A stretch of DNA of 64,000 nucleotides from positions 27,033,151 through 27,097,150 of the forward strand of contig NC_068998.1 of assembly GCF_001194135.2 (NCBI RefSeq), in the 5' to 3' direction. The translations under genes were made by a program, and so were the position numbers. Shown piece after piece: positions 1 through 13,559 of the stretch (position 1 is the first letter of the stretch; each line of letters opens with the position of its first letter). The DNA is from Octopus bimaculoides (lineage: Eukaryota). The notes under the pieces were generated by a model that was not told where the DNA came from, did not search any database, and was given only the letters and a program-made list of their open reading frames with translations.

Positions 1-453
1 GAGTGTTGAGTGTTATTTTATTTAATATGGTAAAAATTGTTGGAAAAAGCTTTTCATTTAATAGTAGTTAAGGGAGTTCTTGTGTATGTGATAAGAACTG
101 GCATGTTCCAGGTTTGAGACGTCTTTTTTTTTATGAATTCATACTTACATCCAATTTATAGAAAAGTCTTCAGTATGGAGATGAATAGCAGCAGAATAGA
201 CATAATAATCAACCACATTACAAATAGCAAGTAATTTTTTAAATGTAAAAGACAAAGTGCGAGGTAACTGATGGAGGTTTGTATGAGAATGAATTTATAT
301 TTGAAATTCATCACCTTGGAATCGTTCATATGCTGTAGGGAGTAAAGGAATCTAAAGTGTTTCAACTGAATTTTTTTTTTTTTTTTTTGTCTTCTGAGAC
401 AACGTTTGAGTCTGGAAACGTCAAATTCATCTTCTCCTTCTCTCTACTGTGTA

Positions 454-1078
454 GGCGCAATGGCCCAGTGGTTAGGGCAGCGAATTCGCAGTCATAGGAT
501 CGCCGTTTCGATTCCCAGACCGGGCGTTGTGAGTGTTTATTGAGCGAAAACACCTAAAGCTCCACGAAGCTCCGGCAGGGGATAGTGGCGAACCCTGCTG
601 TACTCTTTCACCACAACTTTCTCTCACTCTTACTTCCTCTTTCTGTTGTGCCTGTAATTCAAAGGGTAAGCCTTGTCACACTGTGTCACGCTGAATATCC
701 CCGNNNNNNNNNNTAGGGCAGCGAATTCGCAGTCATAGGATCGCCGTTTCGATTCCCAGACCGGGCGTTGTGAGTGTTTATTGAGCGAAAACACCTAAAG
801 CTCCACGAAGCTCCGGCAGGGGATAGTGGCGAACCCTGCTGTACTCTTTCACCACAACTTTCTCTCACTCTTACTTCCTCTTTCTGTTGTGCCTGTAATT
901 CAAAGGGTAAGCCTTGTCACACTGTGTCACGCTGAATATCCCCGAAAACTACGTTAAGGGTACACGTGTCTGTGGAGTGCTCAGCCACTTCCACGTTAAT
1001 TTCACGAGCAGACTGTTCCGTTGATGGGATCAACTGGAACCCTCGTCGTCGTAAGCGACGGAGTGCCAACAACAACAA
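454..1078 (+). mobile_element. tRNA-derived SINE, family A (CAA-tailed); 231-bp duplication across a 10-N gap is probably an assembly artefact
   Basis: A-box-like TGGCCCAGTGG and B-box-like GTTTCGATTCC at the 5' end. Ends ...CGTAAGCGACGGAGTGCCAACAACAACAA. The body is homologous to 49952-50127 (-). Confidence 0.85.
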
Positions 1079-1579
1079 TCTTCAGAGATGGAATAGTTCT
1101 TGTTGAAGTTCTCAAACATCATCAATAATTTTATTTCTACAATTACAAACTAGACGATTTGTATTACAGATATGATTAGTTCAGTTCATGAAATATGGAT
1201 TCTTGGAATAGTATACATCCGATGATTTAAGTCGGATGAATTTCAACTTTGATCTTGGTACTATCTTTTCTGTCTAGTGTGGATTATACGTTTGAAATAC
1301 AATCATGATCAATAATTTTCTTTGGAAACAAATATGATTTCATGCATATGAAACAGTTGCTGCTCTCTGAACGACCTTGATAGCGATTTTTTAAAATAGC
1401 TGTTTTAATATACTTTTAAACTTCAATCGTTATTAAAATTTAAACATAACCACAGTATCTTTAAAATGATTCAAAGTGCAATGGTAATCTCTTTGAAAGT
1501 TTTTGATAGAAAATAGTTATTGAACAAATGAAAACACAGGTTCAGGAACAGCCTTATCCAATAGAAAATCAAGCCCCCT

Positions 1580-1735
1580 AGCATAGAAGAGATTTTAGTA
1601 GAACAAAATTTCCGCTGGGTTGAGATATGGCCAAAGAATAGAGGAAACTCAGTTGCCAAGACAAATATTCTACTCACAGTGGTAAGTGAAATCAGAGTAA
1701 AACCTGACGGAGATATAAGAGCTGGCTAAGTGTAA
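1580..1735 (+). mobile_element. RTE-clade LINE fragment (post-RT C-terminal region), degraded
   Basis: Frameshifted translation ...FRWV...RIEETQLPRQIFYSQ resembles the RTE motif LRWxGHVxRMxxxRLPKQIFYSEL. Confidence 0.5.
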
Positions 1736-1842
1736 TTACCTTTACCCGCAGCGGAAGAAAGTAGCCGACGGATGAAATTGACTGACCACTGACATTATTT
1801 AATAACATTTCATATCGACTTTCATCAACGATAAACGATGGA

Positions 1843-1896
<54 letters not shown>

Positions 1897-4129
1897 CTCT
1901 CTCTCTTTCTCTCTGCGTACATAAGGGAGAGAATATGGGTGTGCCACGTAGTCAGTTGATAATTGACAATAATTTTAGACGCCCTCAAAAGACAAAGTAC
2001 ATCCCAACCGAATCCTTTAAACCGAATACAAGCACGCACACACACACACNNNNNNNNNNNNNNNNNNNNNNNNNNNNNNNNNNNNNNNNNNNNNNNNNNN
2101 NNNNNNNNNNNNNNNNNNNNNNNNNNNNNNNNNNNNNNNNNNNNNNNNNNNNNNNNNNNNNNNNNNNNNNNNNNNNNNNNNNNNNNNNNNNNNNNNNNNN
2201 NNNNNNNNNNNNNNNNNNNNNNNNNNNNNNNNNNNNNNNNNNNNNNNNNNNNNNNNNNNNNNNNNNNNNNNNNNNNNNNNNNNNNNNNNNNNNNNNNNNN
2301 NNNNNNNNNNNNNNNNNNNNNNNNNNNNNNNNNNNNNNNNNNNNNNNNNNNNNNNNNNNNNNNNNNNNNNNNNNNNNNNNNNNNNNNNNNNNNNNNNNNN
2401 NNNNNNNNNNNNNNNNNNNNNNNNNNNNNNNNNNNNNNNNNNNNNNNNNNNNNNNNNNNNNNNNNNNNNNNNNNNNNNNNNNNNNNNNNNNNNNNNNNNN
2501 NNNNNNNNNNNNNNNNNNNNNNNNNNNNNNNNNNNNNNNNNNNNNNNNNNNNNNNNNNNNNNNNNACTTGTCATTAATGAAAAGAACAAACTTATTGCCT
2601 GGAGATAAGGGGAGAGTCGTTGATATGTGTTTCTGCCTCATCAGCATGACAATTGCCTTTCCCTGTCTCAGTCTAGCAGCCCTAGGAGATGGACACGGTG
2701 GGAGAATGAGTTGTAAAATTACAAATACATTTCAGGAACTATCTCAGTGTGACAGCTACTATAATACATAACGAAACAAAATCTCTAAAAGCAAAACAAA
2801 CAACGTTGTTCTGATAGACCAAATTTGAACTTACTGATTCCAATGCTCTTCCGAAATGTACTTTCTACAATAAAAAGAAGCAATGAAACAAAAAGTATAA
2901 AACGAAATGTGGAACACTGACTCGCAAGTTGAAGAAAAACGTTAGCTTCACCTATCAATTCACTATCAATTTCATTATTTTTCTCTTCTCACTTTCCGTG
3001 GTATCGAATTTCATTTACGAAGCTGCCATGGCCAGAAATAATGGAAAAATACTGAATATAAATATAAATGTGCAAGTTGTGAATTGTGATGTAGGCCCAG
3101 GTCATTAACAAGAAAACTGTACACTGGGGTCAACTGACACATGGACTTCTTCAATAAAACATATTTACGACTCTGAATATATTAAAGCTTGGTATAATAA
3201 AAGAGTTACATGAGATAAAATATATTGTACGGAAAACTATTGCATTACATTCTAATACATAATAGACCAATATAGAATTAAATTATGTTGACCGAATGCA
3301 AATGCAATGTAGAAAATGTAATCTAAATGCGACATATCTGCAATATGTCATATTCCTAACATTTTATGAAAGGTTTGTGTGAGATGCAAAGAAAGAGAGA
3401 GAAAAACGGAAGAATGCTTTTATACATTTTTATAAGCATGTTTGTGTGTGTGTGTGTCTGTGTGTATACATATATATAATTATGTATGAATGCATATATA
3501 CATATATATACATATATATATATATATTTATATACGTATGTATATATATATNNNNNNNNNNNNNNNNNNNNNNNNNNNNNNNNNNNNNNNNNNNNNNNNN
3601 NNNNNNNNNNNNNNNNNNNNNNNNNNNNNNNNNNNNNNNNNNNNNNNNNNNNNNNNNNNNNNNNNNNNNNNNNNNNNNNNNNNNNNNNNNNNNNNNNNNN
3701 NNNNNNNNNNNNNNNNNNNNNNNNNNNNTGTGTGTGTGTGTGTGTGTGTGTGTTTATAAATATATATATATATATATATATGAAAATATATGAAAATATT
3801 TAAACTTCTGTGCCACTAGAAAGCTTTCTTTTCTGAAATAACTGAAACAGCTATCGACTACTGTGGCATGAGGCGCACAAAACCCACTCACAAATCAAAT
3901 AATTTGATTGAACTATTCTAATCCTATATTTTAGATATGGTTCCCGATATACATTTCGCTATATACTCTAGTATCTTCCCAAATAAACATGATTCTGATA
4001 TTAAGAAATTTTACTAAACGTCTCTTCTATAAGAACAAATACACAACTATACACAACTCCTTAATGAGAGAATTGCCCAAAATATTAAGACTAGAGAACA
4101 AACTTATAAAATAAGCACTCAGTAAAAAA

Positions 4130-4308
4130 TATAGCTAATAAAATTAATCTAGATAATAGGCTAAAACGTCCCTCTAAAAGGTAATCATGTCGCATAATGC
4201 CTATAAAGAGAACTTTGCCTTCAATTCAAATTTAAATTAAATTACTCCCACAAAAAAACAGAGATCGGATTAATAAGAAAAGTTTCAATAAAATTAACTG
4301 ATATATTG
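4130..4308 (+). mobile_element. Penelope-like element fragment (region upstream of RT), degraded
   Basis: Broken translation ANKINLDNR...YKENFAFNSN...ITPTK..TEIGLIRK resembles the PLE motif LDDR..KDHKENF.NNP..RLINP.K.EIG.ISK. Confidence 0.45.
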
Positions 4309-4518
4309 GTTTCAAATTTTGACACAAGGCCAGGATTTCGTGAATAGGAAGTAAGCCAGTTGCATTGATCCTAGTGCTTAAATAGTATTTATTTTATCAA
4401 CCTCGAAAGCGTGAAAGGCAAAGTCGACTTCAGGGAAATTTGAACTCAGAACGTAAATACGCGCGAAATGCCACTAGACATTTTACCTGGCGTGCTAACG
4501 ATTCTGTCAGCTCGCTAC
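4309..4518 (-). mobile_element. SINE family C
   Basis: Reverse complement matches the repeated unit GCGAGCTGGCAGAATCGTTAGCACGCC...GAGTTCAAATT...GTCGACTTTGCCTTTCA seen >10 times in the window. Confidence 0.85.
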
Positions 4519-6027
4519 TATAATAGACTAAACTATTAAGAAGCCAACTAGACCACAATAACCGTCTTTAGCTGATTTAACAATATTTATAATAAATGCC
4601 TTCAAGATTACTTAGTTCGGTGTGTTATCTTTCTGTCTCTAAACCTGTCTTATTTAGTACCCTGTATTTTGCTAGCGTGTACAATACAAATAGATGACAA
4701 TAGTGTAGATATCATTATTGCAGACAAGAAAGATTCTGCTCTTTGATAAAAACTCTACCAGGGTCAAAACACTCAAACCACAGTTTTTTCGATGTCAGAA
4801 TAAGGTTGGTTGGTCGTCCAAAGATATTCACTATTTTTAGCGTAATTATTCCAGATGTACTAAGAAATTTAGCAAAATAATGTTTGATAATATCCCAACA
4901 TTCAAATGGATATATATTTAATACATTTAGTAAAGATCTTCTTAATGACTTCAAAAGTCTCGTCTTAAACATAAGTAACATCAATGATATTATTATCGTA
5001 AATTTGAAAGATGTTGCCCGCAATTTTATAACAAATACAAACTTTGGAGCAAACTAGTTAAAAATTTGCATACATAAATATAGACTCTTACCACCCACCT
5101 ACAGTTTTCAAAAACCTGATAAATAATATGAGTAGAACCATTTTCCCCTTGTCAGCGATCTTCATTAAGCAGCTCCTTATTATAATAGCGCATTAGAAGC
5201 TAGAAGTATCAAAAGATAGATTATATATATCTCTTACTTTCTGCTATTCAATACAAAGAAGAGACACTGCAATATCATATAATTCACACCTTCTTTTTCC
5301 TCCTTTAGTCTAATATTCTTAACAAGTTCTATCCCTGATAGATAAACATTTCCCAAACAATGACCGCTACAGAAACCTAGCTAATGGAAACACTAAAAGA
5401 TGAGTTAGAGCTGTACGCACAACATGAAAAATTGTGTAGCAATTAAACTAAGTTAACTGAAATGAGGAAACATAAAGCATCTTCTTCAATCTTGTAATGC
5501 TGAAGCGATTACATATAAAAACGTGAAGTCACGTTCACCAAACCGAACCTCAATGTATAGTGGAAAGTAAAGTTGAACAACTTTACTCCAATCGATACTT
5601 CTTCCTTCAGACATATAGAAAAGAAGAATATAACATTATCCAGCTACAACAGGATTTTGAAAGAACATAACACTTATTTTGATATAAAGTGAAAGATACT
5701 TTAAAGACGTTGATCACATAGAACAAAACGATGGAATTTTTATACAGCCTCATACTAGATAAATAGTATTACATATGATTTAAATAGAGGATTGGAGATA
5801 TTTACTAAATATTGACACTTTGAAAGAATCTTTGAAGCCTACAATACCACTGGCTAAAAACTAGACTAGCACTAGCATTAAACCATACCATTCCAGTTTT
5901 ACTTATCAATTAACCTTCTCAAATGTAGTATGATCTTATAGCCCTTTCCTATTCCTTGTAAATTTCAATATTGCTTTTTTTCTAAACCATTCTCAATGTT
6001 TAACTTTCATTCACTTTTTGTTCATTC

Positions 6028-6094
<67 letters not shown>

Positions 6095-6545
6095 NNNNNN
6101 NNNNNNNNNNNNNNNNNNNNNNNNNNNNNNNNNNNNNNNNNNNNNNNNNNNNNNNNNNNNNNNNNNNNNNNNNNNNNNNNNNNNNNNNNNNNNNNNNNNN
6201 NNNNNNNNNNNNNNNNNNNNNNNNNNNNNNNNNNNNNNNNNNNNNNNNNNNNNNNNNNNNNNNNNNNNNNNNNNNNNNNNNNNNNNNNNNNNNNNNNNNN
6301 NNNNNNNNNNNNNNNNNNNNNNNNNNNNNNNNNNNNNNNNNNNNNNNNNNNNNNNNNNNNNNNNNNNNNNNNNNNNNNNNNNNNNNNNNNNNNNNNNNNN
6401 NNNNNNNNNNNNNNNNNNNNNNNNNNNNNNNNNNNNNNNNNNNNNNNNNNNNNNNNNNNNNNNNNNNNNNNNNNNNNNNNNNNNNNNNNNNNNNNNNNNN
6501 NNNNNNNNNNNNNNNNNNNNNNNNNNNNNNNNNNNNNNNNNNNNN

Positions 6546-6601
<56 letters not shown>

Positions 6602-7037
6602 AATGCATTCATACATAAATGTATAAGGTTGTGCCTATGTATGTACATATAAACATTATGTATTGTATGTAGGAATGTGCTTAATATACATGTGCGTATA
6701 TATATGCATATGTGTGTCTATGTGTTTGTATGTTTGTGTGTGTGTCTTTTTATGAATATATATGTATTGTGTATTTAACAGTCAAGCCTCTTTCTGTCTA
6801 GGTTTTTGTAATAAAATTCTTTTTATCACCATGGCAGCTTGGAAGTTCGAGCTTGAGAATCTATTTAATCAATAGAAATATATACTTTTAATTCATGTTA
6901 CTCATTATATAATATAAACTTGCCTTTGTTTTGAAATTCGATAATTCACTAGTACATTTTTTTTTTAATCGGGGTTTTTTTCTGATTTTTGTCCAAATGT
7001 ATTGAAATTTAATGTGGTATAGAATTTGTTTCCCCAT

Positions 7038-7092
<55 letters not shown>

Positions 7093-8114
7093 CGTGCGTA
7101 TGTGTTATCATGACGAGAGCCAAAACAACTCAAATCCCCACCAACAATAACAAGGACAACGCTAGAACAGTAGTTGGAGATAAGTGTAACAATATAAATC
7201 AGAACTGAAGCGAGTATAAAAACCTCTGCTAGAAACGAAAACCGGGTATCTTATTGTTTTCACGTATTGTGGTCGTTATCACGTTCTGCTATCTGCTCAT
7301 ATATAGGCGTACTAAGATTATGGTGAAAGTAAGGTTAAGGTTAATAGATATGGGACCAGTCAGCAAAAAGAGTTTCTATGTTGCGTACACAAATCTTTTC
7401 CAACTGAAGTCGAGATTTACGCCTTGTTCAAGCGTACTATATTAAGTTTTGTAGTAGCAGTGTTACTCCAAAAGAAATTCTAGATTTCAAATTTAGGAAG
7501 ATTTTTCTCGACTCTTCTCCGAGACATGAACAGCAATGAAGTCAGCGCTTTCAGACTGGCCTCCAAATATGTTCTGGCTTGCGTGGAGCAGCCAAATTTC
7601 TTGGTACATTTAGAAGCATTTTCATCAACAAATCGCTTATCAGTGTTAGTGGATGGCAGGAATATCTTTCCAGACGCACGTTTTGCGTTAGTGTGAGGAA
7701 CCGATGAGGGTGTGGAGTGCAAAAGCCTCAAACTTATTCAGGTAGTTCCAACTGTCTGGCAGGTACTGCCTTGATTACACAGATGTGCTAATGTGAGTTT
7801 GGACAAACCACATCAGGTCATCCAGTTCGGTTCTCGGATAATTAGCGACAAAAACTACAAGCTTGTGATTTGAACGGAAAATTTAGATGGGCTTACTTTT
7901 TATAAATCTTTCTTTTATCTGATCTGTAACTGTAAAACTTTTTACTATTTTACTAGTGTTTCCAGAGACTATGTGCGGGGAATAGTGCCAAAAGCCTTCT
8001 GGAAATCAATCCGTATCATACCCACACTCTTCTTTTTCCTTCGCACTTGGGTCGGTGTAATCGACTAACCTCAAAATTTCAGGCCTTCTGCCTATAGTAG
8101 AAAGGATGATGATG

Positions 8115-8146
<32 letters not shown>

Positions 8147-8147
<1 letters not shown>

Positions 8148-8663
8148 GAGTGAGAGAGCAGTGCATGCCATCAAAGTGACACTGGGATAAAATATAAGAA
8201 GCTCAGTATACCCATCATGACTACCCGTCTGATAAGGGTACACCAGGCACATGCATCACAACCATGTGTGCGCGACATGGTAATCTCATATCAAGATAAA
8301 CAGCGCATGNNNNNNNNNNNNNNNNNNNNNNNNNNNNNNNNNNNNNNNNNNNNNNNNNNNNNNNNNNNNNNNNNNNNNNNNNNNNNNNNNNNNNNNNNNN
8401 NNNNNNNNNNNNNNNNNNNNNNNNNNNNNNNNNNNNNNNNNNNNNNNNNNNNNNNNNNNNNNNNNNNNNNNNNNNNNNNNNNNNNNNNNNNNNNNNNNNN
8501 NNNNNNNNNNNNNNNNNNNNNNNNNNNNNNNNNNNNNNNNNNNNNNNNNNNNNNNNNNNNNNNNNNNNNNNNNNNNNNNNNNNNNNNNNNNNNNNNNNNN
8601 NNNNNNNNNNNNNNNNNNNNNNNNNNNNNNNNNNNNNNNNNCAATTAAGATCAGAAGCCATGA
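8147..8663 (-). mobile_element. Unclassified ~500 bp AAT-flanked non-tRNA element (family D4), partly in a gap
   Basis: GAGAGAGCAGTGCATGCCATCAAAGTGACACTGGG and CAATTAAGATCAGAAGCCATGAG are shared with 9123-9627 and (the first motif) 39728-39832. Flanked by (ATT)n on both sides. Confidence 0.75.
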
Positions 8664-8664
8664 G

Positions 8665-8755
<91 letters not shown>

Positions 8756-8757
<2 letters not shown>

Positions 8758-9122
8758 TAGTTTTATTTTTATAGCGTGCTTTCACTTCACTACCGAGCAC
8801 AGCTCTGTGTGCCTTAGGTATGTGCTGTGGTGTGCTGTGATGCTCTTATGGTTACTACGTTTTGCGTAGAATGTGTGCAGAGCCCAGTAGTGCAATTTTC
8901 TGTATGTTATATATATTTGTAAGTCCTGGTGTTTTTGTTATGTATTTGTCTGAAGATTTTTTATCATACCTAATGCGCCCACTATGATAAGAGTTGTTTC
9001 TGTCTTTAGACTCCACATTCGAGTTACCTCTTTTTCCAGGTCTTTGTATTTTGAATGTTTCTCCATTTCTTTTAGAGAAACGTTGTCATCTGCTGGTAGT
9101 GATATATCAATTAGTAAGCATT
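8756..9122 (-). mobile_element. R4/Dong-like LINE 3' end (restriction-like endonuclease domain plus 3' UTR)
   Basis: ORF 8938-9231 contains CLLIDISLPADDNVSLKEMEKHSKYKDLEKEVTRMWSLKTETTLIIVGALGMIK, followed by QKIALLGSAHILRK. This is a typical R4/Dong RLE C-terminus, and it ends in an (AAT)n run. Confidence 0.9.
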
Positions 9123-9627
9123 GAGCGGGGGCCAGAGAGCAGTGCATGCCATCAAAGTGACACTGGGGTACATATATACGTGACATATATGTGCGTGACA
9201 CGGTGATTTCATAGCGAGATAAACAGCACATGACCTAGCAGGTTGGGCCCAGACAGAATTTTCTTTAGGTCGAGTAGCCCATCTCACTCAAAATGTCCCT
9301 GAATAGGGGATGTTTAAGGATGTTGAACGAAATACCCATGTTCCCAGAGGTGAATTATTCAAACCCCAAAGAATTCCTCTCAACACATGGCTATGATGCT
9401 CCCCTACTACTTCTGCTCCTGATCAGAGATGCACATATCGTCAGTCGCTAAGGATCATGCTCGACTGGTTAAGTTTAAGCAACTGACAAACAAATCTGTG
9501 GTATTGAGCAGAATGTTTGCTATAGCCCATGTTTTATACCAAGACAAAACATGTACATGATAACACTTCCAATCAATTAAGATCAGAAGCCATGAGAGCC
9601 ACTACCTGTTGCTGCATCAAAGCATTT
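9123..9627 (-). mobile_element. Unclassified ~500 bp AAT-flanked element (family D4), apparently complete
   Basis: Homologous to 8147-8663. Abuts the 5'-truncated Dong fragment on the left and (GTT)/(ATT)n on the right. Confidence 0.8.
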
Positions 9628-9634
9628 ATCGTTG

Positions 9635-9710
<76 letters not shown>

Positions 9711-10162
9711 TTTTTTATTTATTTTAATTCTTATTAGTAGTAGAAACAGCAGCAGCAGTAGTAGCAGTATTATTTATGCTCTTATAGTGACTATTAATAC
9801 ATAGTTTCAAGAGGAAACTCCATGTGCAGAACTGACAGCAGTAAAACTATACTATTTAATAACTGGCTATCAATCGCCTTATCGTCTGCTAGTTTCAAAA
9901 GAGCTGAAAAAGGGGGAGAAAGAAAGACAAGATAAAAGGGAGAATGAAAAAAAAGGAAAATAAGGAAAATAAAAAAAAACTATGGAGGCAGAAAGAAAAA
10001 AGAAGTATTTTAATGTCAAAATATGTTAGAAACGTCTTGTTTAGCTTGGAGCTTTGATTCTCTGGTGATTAAACATTTCCAACATAATGTTGACACAAAT
10101 ACAAAAATATGGTTATTGTTATTTTGTTTCATCCACAAATAATGATAGTAGTAGTAGTAGTG

Positions 10163-10225
<63 letters not shown>

Positions 10226-10709
10226 CAAAGCATGTTACAAAGTGGTTAACGAACGTAAGGGGAGGTAAGCTTAAACACAAACGCACCAACGCATACATCC
10301 AGGCATGAAGCATATGTGCGTATGTGCGCGCGTGTGTGTGTGTGAGTGTGTGTGTGTGTGTAATCGTGTGTGTGTGTGCGTGAGTGTGTGTATGTGTGTG
10401 GGGGGTGTAAACGGGAAATGGCGCAAAATATGTATTACAGTATATCAAAACTTTAAAAAATTTGACACAATTATTTAATAGAAGCACACATAATGAACAC
10501 ACGTAAATAACCGAATATGTGTATGTATGTTCATGTGTTTGCATATGTGCGCGGAATCATGGTGCGTGGTGTGTATGTCACCCACTTAGCATCAGAGTTT
10601 AACATCTAGGTTGAATCAGAGAAGCAAACAACCCCAATCATATTCCACTTCTGTTAATACACGCATTAATATGCACATACAAGCATATATATATATATAT
10701 ACACACACA

Positions 10710-10747
<38 letters not shown>

Positions 10748-10799
10748 AGTATATACATCCATTTCTACTCGAGGCACAAGGCCCGAAATTTTGGTGGAG

Positions 10800-10927
10800 C
10801 ATCTCGTCAGACCCTAAATACTATATATAATGTATATATATATATATACACATATTGTCAGTAAATCATAATCCGAAAGAGAAGCACACTCTAGATTATA
10901 GAGCAGTATTTAGGGTCTGGCGAGATG
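10800..10927. mobile_element. Small MITE-like element with 23-bp inverted repeats
   Basis: CATCTCGTCAGACCCTAAATACT (10800-10822) versus AGTATTTAGGGTCTGGCGAGATG (10905-10927): 22/23 complementary. Confidence 0.6.
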
Positions 10928-13349
10928 TTGTAAAGGTAAGTAAGCATTTTATGGATGCGAAACCCTGGGTAACCCCATAGACCGGTCATAGCTATCATTA
11001 TTTAAATGTGTGTATGTGTGTGTGTAATATGGTCTGAATTATGCATCACCGGATTGATTATACAAAGGTTCAGTCATGATAAGCTATGTCACACTGATTT
11101 TCATTGAGAATTACTTTCAGAATACAAATGTCTGTGGAATACACGTAGCTAATCGAATGTGTAGATAATTCAGTTGATCAGTCATCGTCGAAATGGGTGG
11201 AGATCCATTTACGTACCTTTTTTTTTTTATACACACATACATACATACATACATACATATCAAAACAAACGACTGGAAAAATTTGGTATATTTTTAATTC
11301 CATGTCACACGTGTTGCCTTGCAAGATAGGGGTTACAAAGTTGGACATATAGAAAAAACATTTATAGAATCTCCTGTTCGTTATTCTTCAGATAAAGATT
11401 ACAAGATAATACAAAATTAATAGATGTGCGCATACTAATTGTATAAAACGTTAAAATGCGCTTGTATGATTGTCAGTTATATGGGATGTCAAAAAGAGAC
11501 AGTATTTTTAATAGAGGTCCTTCGAAATTCCTGCCATTGGTTACACCTGGCACTTAGCTTGCACCTCTGACACTATGAAGCGCCTGTGTACGATAGTTTC
11601 TTTTCAATGCAAGTTATTTTGTTGTCGTATATGTGTAGTTATATGTGTGTATGTATGTATGCATGTACGTGTCTTAGTTTATTCATGCTCATGTGTAACA
11701 AGTAGTAAACAAATTCGTTTCAGGTTATTTAGTATAAAATTCAGTGTGAGTGATAGTGTGTTGTGTTAGTAAGAGTGGACAAAAGAGATAAAGCAGGGGA
11801 AAATCAATAGAATATGTACACTGGTACAACAGACAAAATATGTAAAATACTAGGTTATAGGCAGATCCATTTAAATTATTCTCATTCCATAATATTTACA
11901 AATCTAATTCAGATTTTTAAAAATAACTCTTGAAGTTAAAAAGAATCATACAAATGATAGTGTAATCTTTCTTTTTACTTTGTATATCCAATTATTCATT
12001 TTTTTTTTTATTATTATTCAAGCCAATTTGTGTTGAATTTATTCCCGCGTCAATTAGTAGACAACAATGTTCTTCAAAACAAGCGTGACAGTGGTATATG
12101 TTTCAATCTAACTGGTTGAAAATATAAAGAATATCGGAGTACAAAAATAAGAATTGAAAAAATGTGTTGTTAAAATGGATATTTTAGTAAATATATGAAT
12201 CCAGTTGATTAAAAATACAACGTATATTGAGTTACATAAATTAGAATAAAAGAAATGAGTTGTCGAAATTTACATTTTGATTCTATATTTCGCACAAATC
12301 AAATTGTGTTTGACGTAGTATCGAACTCCTTCAAATAAATGCTTGAAGTTTTGAACATAATATAGATTCCGTAGAAAAACAATATCCGTGAACTCCGAAC
12401 GAAAGAAACGATAATATATGCAATAGCAATATACACAAAATACTACACTGCAACTCTGTGTGTGTGTGTGTCTGTGTCTGTCTGTCTGTGTGTGTGTTTG
12501 TGTGTGTGTTTGCACTGTTTATGTGTGTGTGTGTATATATTTGTGTATGTGCGTGTGTATGCGTGTCAAGCAAATTAACAAATGTGTAAACATATTACAA
12601 TTAAACATACATGAAGAATGGTGTGTTAACTCGGACGAAAAAGAAAAACTTATTTAACATTACAATGAAGAAGATCAAAGGTAACGCGTAGTAATTCAAC
12701 AAACATGTTGAAACAAAATGTCATGTAATTTATGAGCATGTTGATTAAGAAAATAGACTGAAGTTCAGGTAGTTTAAAATAGAAGCGGAGTAGGTTCGCA
12801 GTAAAAATATAACTTATTTCACACATAACATAAAAAGGGTCTACAGAAAGTTTTCGGGATGACTTGACAAGGTTTTCCTGAAATGATGTAATTTTTTTTT
12901 TTTTTTTGTCTTTTACTTTTATATCTGAAGAACATTTATACTATCTTGAATCAAGTTTCACTATTTTCTTCATACTTACATCTCAGTAGGTATGAGAGAT
13001 TAAACGAGCTAATTCAAGAAGAAACAACTAGACATGCCGTGATGCAGGTGCAATAGTATATGTACACTACCGTGGAGATCAAACCAAAATTAAGAACAAA
13101 TTGGCAAGAAGAAATACATTTAAGCAGTAGAGAAACAGAAAGTGAGCTCCAATTAAATTAATGTTTTCTCTCTTGATGTATAACAATTATGGCACCATAA
13201 TAAGGACTAATTTACAAATGCATTGACATAAAACCATTTTAGTCATTGCACTTTTTTCTTTTCTCGAGTGGGCTCCAAATAATAATAAAATGGTTTGCAA
13301 TTTATCATCTTAGTGTGTTATCATCTTAGTATGTTATTAAGAAGATTAT

Positions 13350-13508
13350 ATGGGGTCTTGGGTTCAATCCCACTGCAGGTACCTTGGGCAAGTATCTTCT
13401 ACTATAGCCTTGGGTCAACCAAAGGCTTATGAATGGATTTGGTAGACGGAAACTAAAAGAAGCTTGTCGTGTATATAGGTGTTTGTGCTTGTCTTTGTGT
13501 TTGCGCTT
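13350..13508 (+). mobile_element. SINE family B, 5' half
   Basis: GGGTTCAATCCCACTG...CCTTGGGCAAGT...GGATTTGGTAGACGGAAACTAAAAGAAGC, homologous to the 5' part of 50128-50522. Confidence 0.85.
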
Positions 13509-13559
13509 GGAATACCATATACAGGATCAAATGCTTCAAAATCGGTCTCCTTCGAAATA

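Noticed and set aside
454-530. tRNA genes at SINE heads
   Set aside because: A/B boxes are present, but there is no complete cloverleaf and they continue into SINE bodies.
473-944. Exact 231-bp tandem duplication inside the SINE
   Set aside because: The identical copies are separated by a 10-N gap, which is typical of overlapping contig ends. Treated as an assembly artefact.
4520-5950. Coding-like AT-rich block with a faint hammerhead-like remnant at ~4560-4610 (-)
   Set aside because: The core is not intact and no convincing protein motif was found. Probably old PLE/LINE debris.
7460-7900. Possible RTE-like LINE relic on the minus strand
   Set aside because: Only faint motif resemblance; too degraded to support.
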